A stretch of DNA of 52,330 bases, taken from positions 1-52,330 of the IMG/VR virus record IMGVR_UViG_3300020473_000042. One strand, 5' to 3'. A program made the position numbers and the translations under genes. Within the stretch, counting starts at the first letter, position 1. Each line of letters starts with the position of its first letter. Below the pieces are notes generated by a model. That model did not search any database. It was not told the DNA's origin and saw nothing but the letters and a program-made list of their open reading frames with translations. Origin of the DNA: a virus (Duplodnaviria; Caudoviricetes). This document shows, piece by piece, positions 1 through 9,276 of the stretch.

Positions 1-148
1 CTTCGCTAGTTGTAATTTTCATTCGGTATTTTTTAGCTAATGTATCTAGTGAATCTGCACATACAGAATACATCTCTTCATTCTTAAATACAGCCCATTT
101 TTCTCTATGTAGACTTGAATGTGCATATACTATTACCATATCACTCAT
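1..148 (-). CDS. Hypothetical early protein, truncated at window edge
   Basis: Read manually: ATG at 148 overlaps the stop of the upstream gene (ATGA); MSDMVIVYAHSSLHREKWAVF... stays open to base 1. Confidence 0.55.
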   Translation of the reverse strand, partial: MSDMVIVYAHSSLHREKWAVFKNEEMYSVCADSLDTLAKKYRMKITTSE

Positions 149-492
149 GCTCTGTCTCCTTCGTGGTCTGGTACAATTTCAGCTAGAGGCTTTGCTCTTG
201 GATAAAAGCCTTCATACATTTCAATAAATTTTATATCACCTACAGCGTTCCATTCCTCTGGTTCATCATAATGTTCCATGCCAAACTTTGTTGTATAGCT
301 AGTAGGATTTGCGTCCGACTGTTCAACATACTCAACCTCAAATCTGTAGATAAGAACATCACAATACTTGTGGCAGTATCTATCCAAATGTCTATAAACT
401 TGTTCCAACGTAGGTTTAGATTTATTCCAATACGTTGTTCCAGTAGGTTTGGATATAGTCATGGCTTGGTAGCGGTACGTTGCATCAGTCAT
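145..492 (-). CDS. Hypothetical early protein
   Basis: ORF track 145..522; the ATG at 492 is preceded by a GGAGGG RBS and overlaps the upstream gene end. Confidence 0.7.
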   Translation of the reverse strand: MTDATYRYQAMTISKPTGTTYWNKSKPTLEQVYRHLDRYCHKYCDVLIYRFEVEYVEQSDANPTSYTTKFGMEHYDEPEEWNAVGDIKFIEMYEGFYPRAKPLAEIVPDHEGDRA

Positions 493-694
493 CTTGTTCC
501 CTCCTAGATACAGGAAGATCATCAGGCACTACAGTAACATACCATGCGTACTCCCCTTCATCACTCTCAAAATCTTCTATGAATTGTAGTTTAACCCTTA
601 GACCATGTTTTTCTAATTGCTTGTCAATAAGCTTAACACCATCCACAAAACCATCGCTCTTGTGGCTATCATTGAATATCAGTAAATTCTTCAT
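485..694 (-). CDS. Hypothetical early protein
   Basis: ORF track 485..724; likely start MKNLL at 694 after purine-rich AGGAAAGAGG. Confidence 0.65.
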   Translation of the reverse strand: MKNLLIFNDSHKSDGFVDGVKLIDKQLEKHGLRVKLQFIEDFESDEGEYAWYVTVVPDDLPVSRREQDD

Positions 695-845
695 CCTCTT
701 TCCTTTCCTTTGGTAAGTAAACATCTACTATGCAACCACACTCTAAACAACTGAGGTTAGTGACCATCTGGTATTCCTCATCTTCATCACTTATATCATG
801 GTCATTACCCCATGTCAACTCATTATTGCAATGCCAGCATTTCAT
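669..845 (-). CDS. Small Zn-ribbon-like protein (58 aa), not in ORF track
   Basis: Manual translation MKCWHCNNELTWGNDHDISDEDEEYQMVTNLSCLECGCIVDVYLPK...; two CxxC pairs; ATGA-coupled to the upstream ORF. Confidence 0.7.
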   Translation of the reverse strand: MKCWHCNNELTWGNDHDISDEDEEYQMVTNLSCLECGCIVDVYLPKERKEDEEFTDIQ

Positions 846-964
846 CCGTAAACACCAGCAAAAACAAACACTATAAAAAGCACCAACATTGCAACATTAA
901 TCCCTATAAGAACAGGGAAAACATATTTGTCTGCAATATCTTTAATGGAAGGTTCTTTCTTCAT
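842..964 (-). CDS. Small membrane protein (40 aa), not in ORF track
   Basis: MKKEPSIKDIADKYVFPVLIGINVAMLVLFIVFVFAGVYG; one TM segment; ATGA coupling at both ends. Confidence 0.55.
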   Translation of the reverse strand: MKKEPSIKDIADKYVFPVLIGINVAMLVLFIVFVFAGVYG

Positions 965-1057
965 GGTGCGTTATATAGCATAACGTCAAATACTGGCAAC
1001 AACGTAATACTCCACATAATTGCTGTAGCTAAACATATAATCATCTAATATCCTCCA

Positions 1058-1336
1058 TTAATGTTTTGTAAAACTCACATCCATTTGGTTTATATCACCT
1101 TGTAACTCTTCTGTTATTTTTGGAATATCTTTTATCATTTCTTCCATTGCAAAACGTATGTCTTCATCTGGCATAACAGTAGAATACATCTCAATAGCGC
1201 ATTTTATTAAACAAGCTGACATTACAAGCATCTTCTGCGGAGTATGGTCGCTATGTCTTCCTAGAAATTCGTAGAGATTAGATTGAAATTCTCTAACTTC
1301 TTGCAAAGCTTCATCTCTATCAAAGTCATGTGCCAT
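1058..1336 (-). CDS. Hypothetical protein
   Basis: 92-aa ORF with GGGAG RBS; TAATG overlap with the upstream gene. Confidence 0.7.
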   Translation of the reverse strand: MAHDFDRDEALQEVREFQSNLYEFLGRHSDHTPQKMLVMSACLIKCAIEMYSTVMPDEDIRFAMEEMIKDIPKITEELQGDINQMDVSFTKH

Positions 1337-1629
1337 TAGCTTCTCCCTACAGAGGGCAAGGGTGGGGTATTACTGGTAACATTTAAATCAACAACAGCAC
1401 CACGACATTTTACCCACTGTAACGTATCAATGTTAATGTTGCGATATTGCTTTGTAGCAGGTTCCCATCCAACGATATACTGGTCAGGATTAGCCGACTG
1501 AGGATTACCTTTTGAGTACTTAGTGACATCTAATCGACAAGTCATAATTCTATCAGTCCCATCTTTTTTTATGAACTTAACAGTAAAGAATTTATCGCCA
1601 ACTAACTCTCTAAACCTTTGAATAAACAT
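1336..1629 (-). CDS. Small SH3/WYL-like fold phage protein
   Basis: FFTVKFIKKDGTDRIMTCRL...YRNINIDTL pattern typical of phage WYL_2/Sm-like proteins; AAAGGA RBS. Confidence 0.6.
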   Translation of the reverse strand: MFIQRFRELVGDKFFTVKFIKKDGTDRIMTCRLDVTKYSKGNPQSANPDQYIVGWEPATKQYRNINIDTLQWVKCRGAVVDLNVTSNTPPLPSVGRS

Positions 1630-1656
1630 AACTTTTTCCTTTTCTAAAAAAATATG

Positions 1657-1704
1657 TTGACATCATTTTAACCATATGCTAAATCATATAAAAATCATTG
1701 TCAA
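1657..1704. promoter_or_regulatory. Pair of opposed, overlapping sigma70-type promoters
   Basis: Plus: TTGACA 1657-1662 with GCTAAATC 1678-1685. Minus: TTGACA 1704-1699, 17 bp, TAGCAT 1681-1676. Located between divergent gene blocks. Confidence 0.65.
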
Positions 1705-1722
1705 GTAAAAAAGGAAAAAGTT

Positions 1723-2355
1723 ATGTATGAAGTTTTTAACACAGAATTTAGACATTGTTTTGCAATGCCTAATTCTAATACTATGACTATTAAACCAATA
1801 AAAGAGTTTACAGAAAATTGGATTAATTTTGTTACTTGTAAGAATAATCTTCCTTTAGGAAAAGCAGTAATTGTAGATCCTTTTGCTAAAGATTGTAAGT
1901 TAGGAACAATAACTAATGATCTTAATACAGAATGTGATACTGACTATCATATGAGAGCAGAAGATTTTTTAGATAAACTTATAGATGAAGGCATAGAAGC
2001 AGATGTTGTTATCTATGATCCACCTTACAGTCCTAGACAAATATCAGAATGTTACAAAGCTGTAGGTATCCAAACAACACAACAAGATACTCAAGCATCT
2101 TTTTATACTAAGATAAAACAAAGAATAAGAGAGATAGTAAAAGTAGATGGTTACGTTCTATCCTTTGGTTGGAACAGTATGGGTGTTGGAAAGGAAGGTT
2201 TTAGATACGAAGAGATAATGTTAGTAACTCATGGTGGAGCGCACAACGATACAATATGCGTAGCACAAAGAAGGATTCCACAATTATTATCAGATATGGA
2301 TTCAGATGATAAGCTGTTGGAAGATGAGGAATGTCAACTTACACTCTCGATATAG
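1723..2355 (+). CDS. Putative N6-adenine/N4-cytosine DNA methyltransferase-like protein
   Basis: VIVDPFA (motif I-like) and VIYDPPY catalytic motif; AAGGA RBS. Confidence 0.7.
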   Translation: MYEVFNTEFRHCFAMPNSNTMTIKPIKEFTENWINFVTCKNNLPLGKAVIVDPFAKDCKLGTITNDLNTECDTDYHMRAEDFLDKLIDEGIEADVVIYDPPYSPRQISECYKAVGIQTTQQDTQASFYTKIKQRIREIVKVDGYVLSFGWNSMGVGKEGFRYEEIMLVTHGGAHNDTICVAQRRIPQLLSDMDSDDKLLEDEECQLTLSI

Positions 2356-4058
2356 AAACGGACTCTCTTAATCCATCAGTAATATGGTGCGTTGTTATAC
2401 GCAAGCTGAACACTGGTCAAGTTAAAGTCATAACAAGCAAAGAGGATATGCACCAGTTTAATGAAGATGACGTTATAGTAACGCACAATGGCGTGGATTA
2501 CGATATTCCTATTCTTAACAAGTTATGGGGTACTGACATTAAGATTGACCAAGTATGTGATACGCTAATAATGTCAAGGCTCTTTAATCCTAACAGAGAG
2601 AATGGTCATTCATTGGGAGCGTGGGGAAGACGGCTGGCGTTTGACAAAATAGAGTTTGACAATTTTGGTGGGTTGTCTGACAAAATGATTGAGTACTGCC
2701 AAAGAGACGTTGAGCTAACAGAAAAAGTTTATCTGCATCTGCTTCAAGAAGGTCATATGTTTTCTGACAAGTCCATACGCCTAGAACATAACATTGCACA
2801 CATCATTCACCTACAGAGTAAGCATGGTTTTTATCTTGACGCAATCAAAGCTGACAAATTGTATAAAGAGACTTATGAGAAAGCAAAGCAGATAGAGCAA
2901 GAACTACAGCAAGAGTTTCAGCCAGTGCCTAAGTTTCTGCGTGAGGTAACACCAAGAATAAAGAAGGACGGCACGTTGTCTCTCGTAGGACTGAAGGACA
3001 TTGAGGATGCTGACAATACTGTAGCTGGAACATTCTCTCTTTTTAAGTTTGAACCTTTTAACCTAGCAAGCCCAAAACAGATTATTGCAAGACTAGATCG
3101 TTGTGGTTGGAATCCAACAGTGTTTACACCGAAGGGTTCTCCCAAGATATGCGAACAGAACTTGGAGACAATATCTGACAATGCACCAGCATCAGCAAAG
3201 AAGCTGGCAGAGTGGAAGATGCTAGAGTCCAGATGGAAGACAGTAGAGAGTTGGCTAGAGGCTTGTGGTGCTGACAATCGTGTTCATGGCAAGGTGCTGA
3301 CAATGGGTGCTGTGACAGGCAGAATGACGCACACAGAGCCAAACATGGCTAACGTTGTGTCCTCTGACAAGCCCTACGGCAAGGAATGCAGAGAATGTTT
3401 TACGGTTGAAGATGCTGACAATTATAGTATTGTAGGCATGGATGCTAAAGGTCTTGAGCTAAGAATGTTAGCACATTACATGAATGACGAGGATTACATT
3501 AACATTGTGTTGCATGGTGATCCTCACACTGCTAACCAGCAAGCGGCTGGACTAGAAACAAGAGCGCAGAGCAAGACTTTCATCTATGCGTTTCTTTATG
3601 GTGCTGGTGCAGAGAAACTAGGTAGTGTCGTAGGAGGCACTGCAAGAGATGGTTCTAGGTTGAGAAGCGAGTTTCTTCACAATATGCCATCTCTTAATAG
3701 GCTTGTAACAAGAGTAAGAGGTGTAGCTTCTAAGGGTAGCGTCAAAGGTCTTGATGGCAGACGTATTATGATACGCCATGAACACGCTGCTTTAAACACT
3801 CTGTTGCAAGGAGCAGGAGCAATAGCTTGTAAACAATGGAGTATTTGTATGCACGAATACATACAACGTAACAAGCTAGATGCTCGTCTTGTCAATACGA
3901 TACATGATGAGTTACAGTACGAAGTCCATAACGATGATGTGGAAGCCATGTTGATAGGTGCTGACAAAACTATGCAGGAGGCTGGTAAGCTTCTTGGTGT
4001 AAGACTGACATTAAATGCAGATGCAAAGGTAGGTAAAACATGGGCAGATACGCATTAG
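2331..4058 (+). CDS. polA: DNA polymerase family A with 3'-5' exonuclease (T7-like, Tyr762 type)
   Basis: ExoI DIETD, HNGVDYD, YCQRDV; TGRMTH; motif A DAKGLELR; motif B RAQSKTFIYAFLYGAG; motif C IHDELQ. Confidence 0.97.
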   Translation: MSTYTLDIETDSLNPSVIWCVVIRKLNTGQVKVITSKEDMHQFNEDDVIVTHNGVDYDIPILNKLWGTDIKIDQVCDTLIMSRLFNPNRENGHSLGAWGRRLAFDKIEFDNFGGLSDKMIEYCQRDVELTEKVYLHLLQEGHMFSDKSIRLEHNIAHIIHLQSKHGFYLDAIKADKLYKETYEKAKQIEQELQQEFQPVPKFLREVTPRIKKDGTLSLVGLKDIEDADNTVAGTFSLFKFEPFNLASPKQIIARLDRCGWNPTVFTPKGSPKICEQNLETISDNAPASAKKLAEWKMLESRWKTVESWLEACGADNRVHGKVLTMGAVTGRMTHTEPNMANVVSSDKPYGKECRECFTVEDADNYSIVGMDAKGLELRMLAHYMNDEDYINIVLHGDPHTANQQAAGLETRAQSKTFIYAFLYGAGAEKLGSVVGGTARDGSRLRSEFLHNMPSLNRLVTRVRGVASKGSVKGLDGRRIMIRHEHAALNTLLQGAGAIACKQWSICMHEYIQRNKLDARLVNTIHDELQYEVHNDDVEAMLIGADKTMQEAGKLLGVRLTLNADAKVGKTWADTH

Positions 4059-4564
4059 AATTACAACGTGGTAAGCAAGCAGAAATATGTTTCAAGAACA
4101 TTGCTGAAAACAGAGGGTATGATGTTACCTTCTCTTCCAGACAAGTTGACATGAAAGATCATATAGATTTGTTTCTAAAAAAGAATGACAAGACATTTGG
4201 TATTGATGTAAAAGCGAGAAGAAAAGTATCCAGACACAGTGATCATTATGATGATGAGCATACATGGATAGAGTTTAAGAATGTTCGTGGCAATCAAGGA
4301 TGGTTGTATGGCAAAGCTGACAAGATTGCTTTTGAAAGACAGTTTGATTTTCTTATTGTTGACAGAGAGGAGCTATCTAAATATTGCGAGACTAAAGTCT
4401 CTACTGTGTTTGTAGATAAAGCGTCAGATGCTTTGTATAAGTGCTATCAACGAGCAGGTAGGAAAGATGTAATCAGTCGAGTAAATATGGACGATATTCT
4501 TTATTCAAATATTTTTACAAAAAATCCAAAAATATGGAAAAAAGAAGTTGACATTAAAAAATAG
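4040..4564 (+). CDS. PD-(D/E)XK restriction-endonuclease-like protein
   Basis: HIDLFL...GIDVKARRK catalytic pattern; WIEFKNVRGNQGWLYGKAD. Confidence 0.7.
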   Translation: MGRYALELQRGKQAEICFKNIAENRGYDVTFSSRQVDMKDHIDLFLKKNDKTFGIDVKARRKVSRHSDHYDDEHTWIEFKNVRGNQGWLYGKADKIAFERQFDFLIVDREELSKYCETKVSTVFVDKASDALYKCYQRAGRKDVISRVNMDDILYSNIFTKNPKIWKKEVDIKK

Positions 4565-4575
4565 GGATGTATACT
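4548..4575 (+). promoter_or_regulatory. sigma70-type promoter for SSB and downstream replication genes
   Basis: A-rich upstream, TTGACA 4548-4553, 16 bp, TATACT 4570-4575; AAGGAG RBS before 4616. Confidence 0.65.
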
Positions 4576-4615
4576 AGGTTTATTGTGTAACTCTTGACAT
4601 AGAAGGAGTATTATT

Positions 4616-5047
4616 ATGATTGTAAGAGGAACAGCAGAATGGGCTTCAGTTTTTGAGCCTAACGATCTTAGCGGTAAGTATCAGGTTGACATTTGTAAAC
4701 TTGATTCAAAGACTGTTAAGGAACTGGAAGCAGTAGGCATCAACGTCAGAAAAGGCGAAGGTGAGAAGTCTGACAAAGGTTCATACATTACAGCTAAAGC
4801 TGGTAAGTATCCACCTAAAGTATGGGATCGTAAGAAGAACCCAATGGACGGATCGCAGTTGATCGGCAATGGTTCGGAGATCAAAGCGTCTATTCGTCCA
4901 TACGAGTGGAACTTCAAGGGTAAGGCTGGAGTGAGTGCAGGTCTAAACAGCCTCATGGTTCTTTCATTAGTTGCCTATGGTGGGGACGATGAGCTTGAAG
5001 CAGAGGATTTAGATGCTGATGATGGGGAGGACAACGAAGACTTCTAA
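4616..5047 (+). CDS. Single-stranded DNA-binding protein (T7 gp2.5-like)
   Basis: WASVFEPN...IGNGS...GVSAGLNSL; acidic C-terminal tail ending in F. Confidence 0.85.
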   Translation: MIVRGTAEWASVFEPNDLSGKYQVDICKLDSKTVKELEAVGINVRKGEGEKSDKGSYITAKAGKYPPKVWDRKKNPMDGSQLIGNGSEIKASIRPYEWNFKGKAGVSAGLNSLMVLSLVAYGGDDELEAEDLDADDGEDNEDF

Positions 5048-5156
5048 GTAGGTAGAGTCACGTTCAAATGGTAGGTAGGGATAGCTCTTAGGGGGTTATC
5101 GGTATCAGAGCGAGGGGTTGGGGCTACTGGTAATAACATAAGAACGAAAGAACAGC

Positions 5157-5999
5157 ATGGCAAAAGTACATACAGTAATTAACGACATCCATACAATGTT
5201 AGAAGAAGGTAAAGAGGGCGTTAACGAAAAGCACCTTCAAGAGTTCTTTCGAGCTTTGCGTGATGACATTGAAATATTTTTAGCTCCTGATAATAAAGAT
5301 AACAACGGAAGACTAAGGATGTCCTCCATAGGAAAAAGTACAAGGAAGTTATGGTACGAGTTTAGAGACAAACAACCTTCTAAGCTAGATGGTCAGACCA
5401 GACTAAAGTTTTTCTTTGGAAACCTTGTCGAGTCGTTTCTGTTGTTTCTTGTACAGGAAGCAGGGCATAAGGTTACAGACAGGCAGAAGGAAGTTGTAAT
5501 AGAAGGTGTCAAGGGACACATAGATGGTAAAATAGACGGTGTTGTAGTTGACGTAAAATCAGCTTCCGACTTTGGATTTAAAAAATTCAAATACAATAAC
5601 CTACACACTGATGATCCCTTTGGATACATAGGTCAGTTAAGTGGCTACATTCAAGCAGAGGGAGATGATGTAGGTTATTTCTTAGCTTACAATAAGAACA
5701 ATGCTGAGATGGCTCTGGTAGAGATTGATGAGCTAACGATGTTGGACGCAGAGCAACGCATCAAAGAGTTAAAGAAAGTTATGAAACAAGAGGAGGTTCC
5801 AGAAAAATGCTATTCAGATGTAGAGGAGGGCAAGCAAGGAAATAGAATACTTGACAGGAACTGTAACTTCTGCGATTATAAGTATGAGTGCTGGCAGGAT
5901 GCAAACAAAGGTAAAGGTTTAAGAGTTTTCCAATATGCCAGTGGTTTAATGTATTTCACGCACATAGAGAAGGAGCCTAGAGTAGAAGAGGTTTTGTAA
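5157..5999 (+). CDS. PD-(D/E)XK / Cas4-like exonuclease
   Basis: LRMSSIGK..RKLWY; GHIDGKIDGVVVDVKSAS; YIGQLSGY; C-terminal CNFCDYKYEC. Confidence 0.85.
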   Translation: MAKVHTVINDIHTMLEEGKEGVNEKHLQEFFRALRDDIEIFLAPDNKDNNGRLRMSSIGKSTRKLWYEFRDKQPSKLDGQTRLKFFFGNLVESFLLFLVQEAGHKVTDRQKEVVIEGVKGHIDGKIDGVVVDVKSASDFGFKKFKYNNLHTDDPFGYIGQLSGYIQAEGDDVGYFLAYNKNNAEMALVEIDELTMLDAEQRIKELKKVMKQEEVPEKCYSDVEEGKQGNRILDRNCNFCDYKYECWQDANKGKGLRVFQYASGLMYFTHIEKEPRVEEVL

Positions 6000-6241
6000 T
6001 GCAAGCTCGAAAGGAAAAAGATAAAGTATGGTATATCAAGTGGGCATCATCTGTAACGTTGATGCTTGGCATGGTACTCACAGCACAAAACGTATTTCCT
6101 TACAATCTGTATCTTCACGTTCTTGGCACAATAGGCTGGATGTATGTTTCTATTGTGTGGAATGATCGTGCGCTCATTGTAATAAACAGTGTCGCATTGT
6201 CCATATTTTTTAACGGAATAATATCAACAATGGTGAAGTAA
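5999..6241 (+). CDS. Small multi-pass membrane protein
   Basis: Three hydrophobic segments; WYIKW...WNDRALIVIN; translationally coupled to neighbours. Confidence 0.75.
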   Translation: MQARKEKDKVWYIKWASSVTLMLGMVLTAQNVFPYNLYLHVLGTIGWMYVSIVWNDRALIVINSVALSIFFNGIISTMVK

Positions 6242-7863
6242 TGGCTTATAAAAAGACACATCAACCATGTCCAGATTGCGGTAGCAGTGACGCTCTAACT
6301 ATTAACGAGGATGACAGCACCTTTTGTTTTTCTTGCGAAAGCTACAAAAATGCACCAGATGAATTAGTAGAGGAAGATATGAAACATAACGACATAAGTC
6401 CTAAATACCTGTCTTCTGGGAAGACTCTTGCTCTTCCAGACAGAGGAATAACAAGAGATACCTGTCAAGCTTACGGTGTTACAATAGAAGGAACACAACA
6501 ATACTACCCATACTACAACGAGGACGGTGAGTGGATAGCCAACAAGGTAAGGGGTAAGTCCTTTGACGGACACAAAACTTTCCAGACTATTGGAAACTGG
6601 AAAGACGCTACACTGTTTGGTCAGAATAAATTCTCTGCTGGCGGTAAGTATGTAACGTTGTGCGAGGGAGAACTTGACGCTTTAGCTGCTTATCAGATGA
6701 TGGGTTCCAAGTGGCCTTCTCTGTCTATTCGTAATGGTGCAGCGAGTGTCGTTAAAGACATAGAGAAATCTTTTGAGTACCTTATGAAATATGACAACAT
6801 AGTAATATGTTTTGATAATGATAAGGCTGGAAGGAAAGCAGCTAAGAAGGCTGCTGAGTTGTTGTCTCCTAAAGGTAAGATTGTGCATCTGGAAAAGAAG
6901 GATGCTAACGAGTATCTTATTGATGGTAAGATAAAGGAGTTTATGGACGCTTGGTGGAATGCTGACAGCTACACGCCAGACGGCATCGTTGCTGGTACTG
7001 AACTGTGGGACGTTCTACAGGAGGGGCCAGCTAAGACAGCAGTAGACTACCCTTATGACGGCATGAACTTAATGACCTATGGTATCCGTATGGGTGAGTT
7101 AATAACAGTGTGTGCTGGAACTGGCATAGGTAAGAGCAGTTTCTTAAAGGAGATCATAAAGCATATCTTTGACAACACAGAAGACAACATAGGCATGATG
7201 TTCATGGAGGAGAACGTGCGAAGCACAGCAGAGTCCATGATGGGTCTTCAGTTAGGTAAGCAGTTACATCTTCCTACCACTGAGTATACTGAGCAGGAGT
7301 ACAGAAGAGCGTATGATGAGACTGTTGGTTCTGGAAGATACTTCTTCTTTGACCATTTCGGATCAAATACTATAGATAACATACTAGCACGAATAAGGTA
7401 CTTTGTCAAGGCTGTAAAGTGCAGGTACATCATATTAGATCATATCAGTATACTTGTTAGTTCACAACAACACGCTTATGATGAGCGTAGAACAATAGAT
7501 GAGTGCATGACTAAGATAAGAACGCTGATACAGGAGCTTAACGTTTCACTGATACTGGTATCTCATTTGCGTAGACCGATGCAGGGTTCGCATGAAGAAG
7601 GGCTGAATACTTCGTTGTCCGACTTACGTGGATCTGCTAGCATAGGACAACTAAGTGACATTGTTGTTGGCTTGGAACGTAACGGTCAACACGATGATCC
7701 TGTAGAGCGACATACAACTTACGTTAGAATAATAAAAAATAGATTTTCAGGCTTGACAGGTTTGTGTGCGAAGCTATACTATGATTTTACAGATGGTCGT
7801 ATAAGAGAGAAGAGTTTAGACTTTGATGATAAAGATGACCATGATGACGGAGATCTTGATTAA
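6241..7863 (+). CDS. DNA primase-helicase (T7 gp4-like)
   Basis: Zn finger CPDC...CFSC; TOPRIM EGELD and FDNDKAG; Walker A AGTGIGKS; ILDHIS, SHLRRP, DLRGS, KNRFSG. Confidence 0.97.
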   Translation: MAYKKTHQPCPDCGSSDALTINEDDSTFCFSCESYKNAPDELVEEDMKHNDISPKYLSSGKTLALPDRGITRDTCQAYGVTIEGTQQYYPYYNEDGEWIANKVRGKSFDGHKTFQTIGNWKDATLFGQNKFSAGGKYVTLCEGELDALAAYQMMGSKWPSLSIRNGAASVVKDIEKSFEYLMKYDNIVICFDNDKAGRKAAKKAAELLSPKGKIVHLEKKDANEYLIDGKIKEFMDAWWNADSYTPDGIVAGTELWDVLQEGPAKTAVDYPYDGMNLMTYGIRMGELITVCAGTGIGKSSFLKEIIKHIFDNTEDNIGMMFMEENVRSTAESMMGLQLGKQLHLPTTEYTEQEYRRAYDETVGSGRYFFFDHFGSNTIDNILARIRYFVKAVKCRYIILDHISILVSSQQHAYDERRTIDECMTKIRTLIQELNVSLILVSHLRRPMQGSHEEGLNTSLSDLRGSASIGQLSDIVVGLERNGQHDDPVERHTTYVRIIKNRFSGLTGLCAKLYYDFTDGRIREKSLDFDDKDDHDDGDLD

Positions 7864-7865
7864 TA

Positions 7866-8087
7866 ATGAAAACAAGGATACACGTTAATCAGCACGTGCT
7901 AAAAAAAAATAGCAAAACGGGTCAGAGAAATTCTGTTTTCACCGTAAAGACATACAAAAGCAATGAATATTCTAACAAAGTTAGTATTCTCGGCCCAAGC
8001 AAAGTTGTTTATTCACCAGATAAACCTTTAAGTTGCGGTGCTAAAGCTTGGATAGAGACAAACTCTGAAGTAATTTTAGGAGAATAA
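7866..8087 (+). CDS. Small hypothetical phage protein
   Basis: RIHVNQH...YSPDKPLSCGAKAWIET; tightly packed in the operon. Confidence 0.75.
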   Translation: MKTRIHVNQHVLKKNSKTGQRNSVFTVKTYKSNEYSNKVSILGPSKVVYSPDKPLSCGAKAWIETNSEVILGE

Positions 8088-8088
8088 T

Positions 8089-8508
8089 GTGCCATTAGTG
8101 TCTATGTATAAAGTAACAAACAATGATCTAATAGACAACAAAGATTGTATCTTTATTTATCTGGATCATAAGCGCAGAATAGGTGATCCACCTGTCAACG
8201 CAGATTTCCGACACGCTGAGAATGCCTACCCTATAATTGTCAAGAAGTACAGTGGCACTAAGCCAGAGTCCTTTTTTAGCGATGCAGAATTGGGTGTGTT
8301 TCAAGGAGAGTTCGATCCAACCTTTTCCAAGATAGTGTCCATACTGAGGTCTGGCGGTACTGGAATATTATGTAGAGAGTCAATAGAACACGATGACTTT
8401 TCTCCTATCCTTATTCGTGAACACTCAAGGAAAGTACACGACTATATGCACGATGCTATGATTAAATTTTATAGCCAATACAAACCAAGACTGATCAGGA
8501 AAAGATGA
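8089..8508 (+). CDS. Hypothetical protein
   Basis: 139-aa ORF filling the operon gap; AGGAG RBS. Confidence 0.7.
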   Translation: MPLVSMYKVTNNDLIDNKDCIFIYLDHKRRIGDPPVNADFRHAENAYPIIVKKYSGTKPESFFSDAELGVFQGEFDPTFSKIVSILRSGGTGILCRESIEHDDFSPILIREHSRKVHDYMHDAMIKFYSQYKPRLIRKR

Positions 8509-8882
8509 CAACGAGATACAGATCAAGATTTGAATTTGACTTTGCTACTTACCTAGACAACAACAATATAAGGTTTGAGTATGAGCCTAGAAAAATAAAG
8601 TACGTTCCTAAAGAAAAGTCGTACACTCCAGATTTTTATCTCGTAGATTATGATATGTTTATAGAGACTAAAGGAAGATTTATAGAAGCAGACCGCACCA
8701 AACACAAACTCATAGCAAAACAGCATCCAGATATAGACATAAGGTTTATGTTCCAAAACCCTAGAGAGAAGTTGTATAAAAAGTCTAAAGCAACTTATGC
8801 TGATTGGTGTGAGAAAAACGATTTTCTTTATTGTACTAAAGAATTACCATATACGTGGGTGAAAAAAAATGAGCATAAGTAA
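8505..8882 (+). CDS. Endonuclease I / Holliday junction resolvase (T7 gp3-like)
   Basis: YRSRFE...YEP...YTPDF...IETKGRF...DRTKH...HPDIDIRFMF...TYADWC. Confidence 0.93.
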   Translation: MTTRYRSRFEFDFATYLDNNNIRFEYEPRKIKYVPKEKSYTPDFYLVDYDMFIETKGRFIEADRTKHKLIAKQHPDIDIRFMFQNPREKLYKKSKATYADWCEKNDFLYCTKELPYTWVKKNEHK

Positions 8883-9276
8883 AGACATAGCAGGTAAAGA
8901 ACTTCAAAAACTCATAGACAGAGAGAAGAAGGATCTGAAGCAAGGTCGAGTGTATCTCATACTGGAGCAGGGAGAAGACAAAAATGAGTTCTCCATGCTG
9001 TGTTTAGACACAGTAGGTAACAAAGGCGAGGAACCTACTGCTTCTCAGATTATTGCTGCTGGTGTCGTCAACATTGTAGAGAACAGTGCCGAAGCAATAT
9101 TTGAGCTAGGTGAAGAAATTATGTTGGAGAAAAAATATACAGGAAGTAACATAATTTCTCTTGACTCCTACAGAGATAAAGGGCATAATAATATTATTTT
9201 CAGACCAGAAAAAAATGATAAAATGACTGTAACGCTTACATTTGATGATAAGGATGGAGATGACGATGGCAGATGA
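8869..9276 (+). CDS. Hypothetical protein
   Basis: 135-aa ORF overlapping neighbours within the operon. Confidence 0.7.
   Translation: MSISKDIAGKELQKLIDREKKDLKQGRVYLILEQGEDKNEFSMLCLDTVGNKGEEPTASQIIAAGVVNIVENSAEAIFELGEEIMLEKKYTGSNIISLDSYRDKGHNNIIFRPEKNDKMTVTLTFDDKDGDDDGR

Noticed and set aside
965-991. dif-like string GGTGCGTTATA-TAGCA-TAACGTCAAAT as a possible recombinase site
   Set aside because: The spacer is 5 bp rather than 6, the inner arm positions critical for XerC/D mismatch, and it lies in a probable small ORF; likely chance
5055-5075. GTTCAAAT resembling a tRNA T-loop
   Set aside because: No T-stem or cloverleaf can be built; no tRNA was recognised anywhere in the window by eye
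5157-5999. Cas4-like nuclease suggesting a CRISPR system
   Set aside because: No array or other cas genes; such nucleases are routine in phage replication modules
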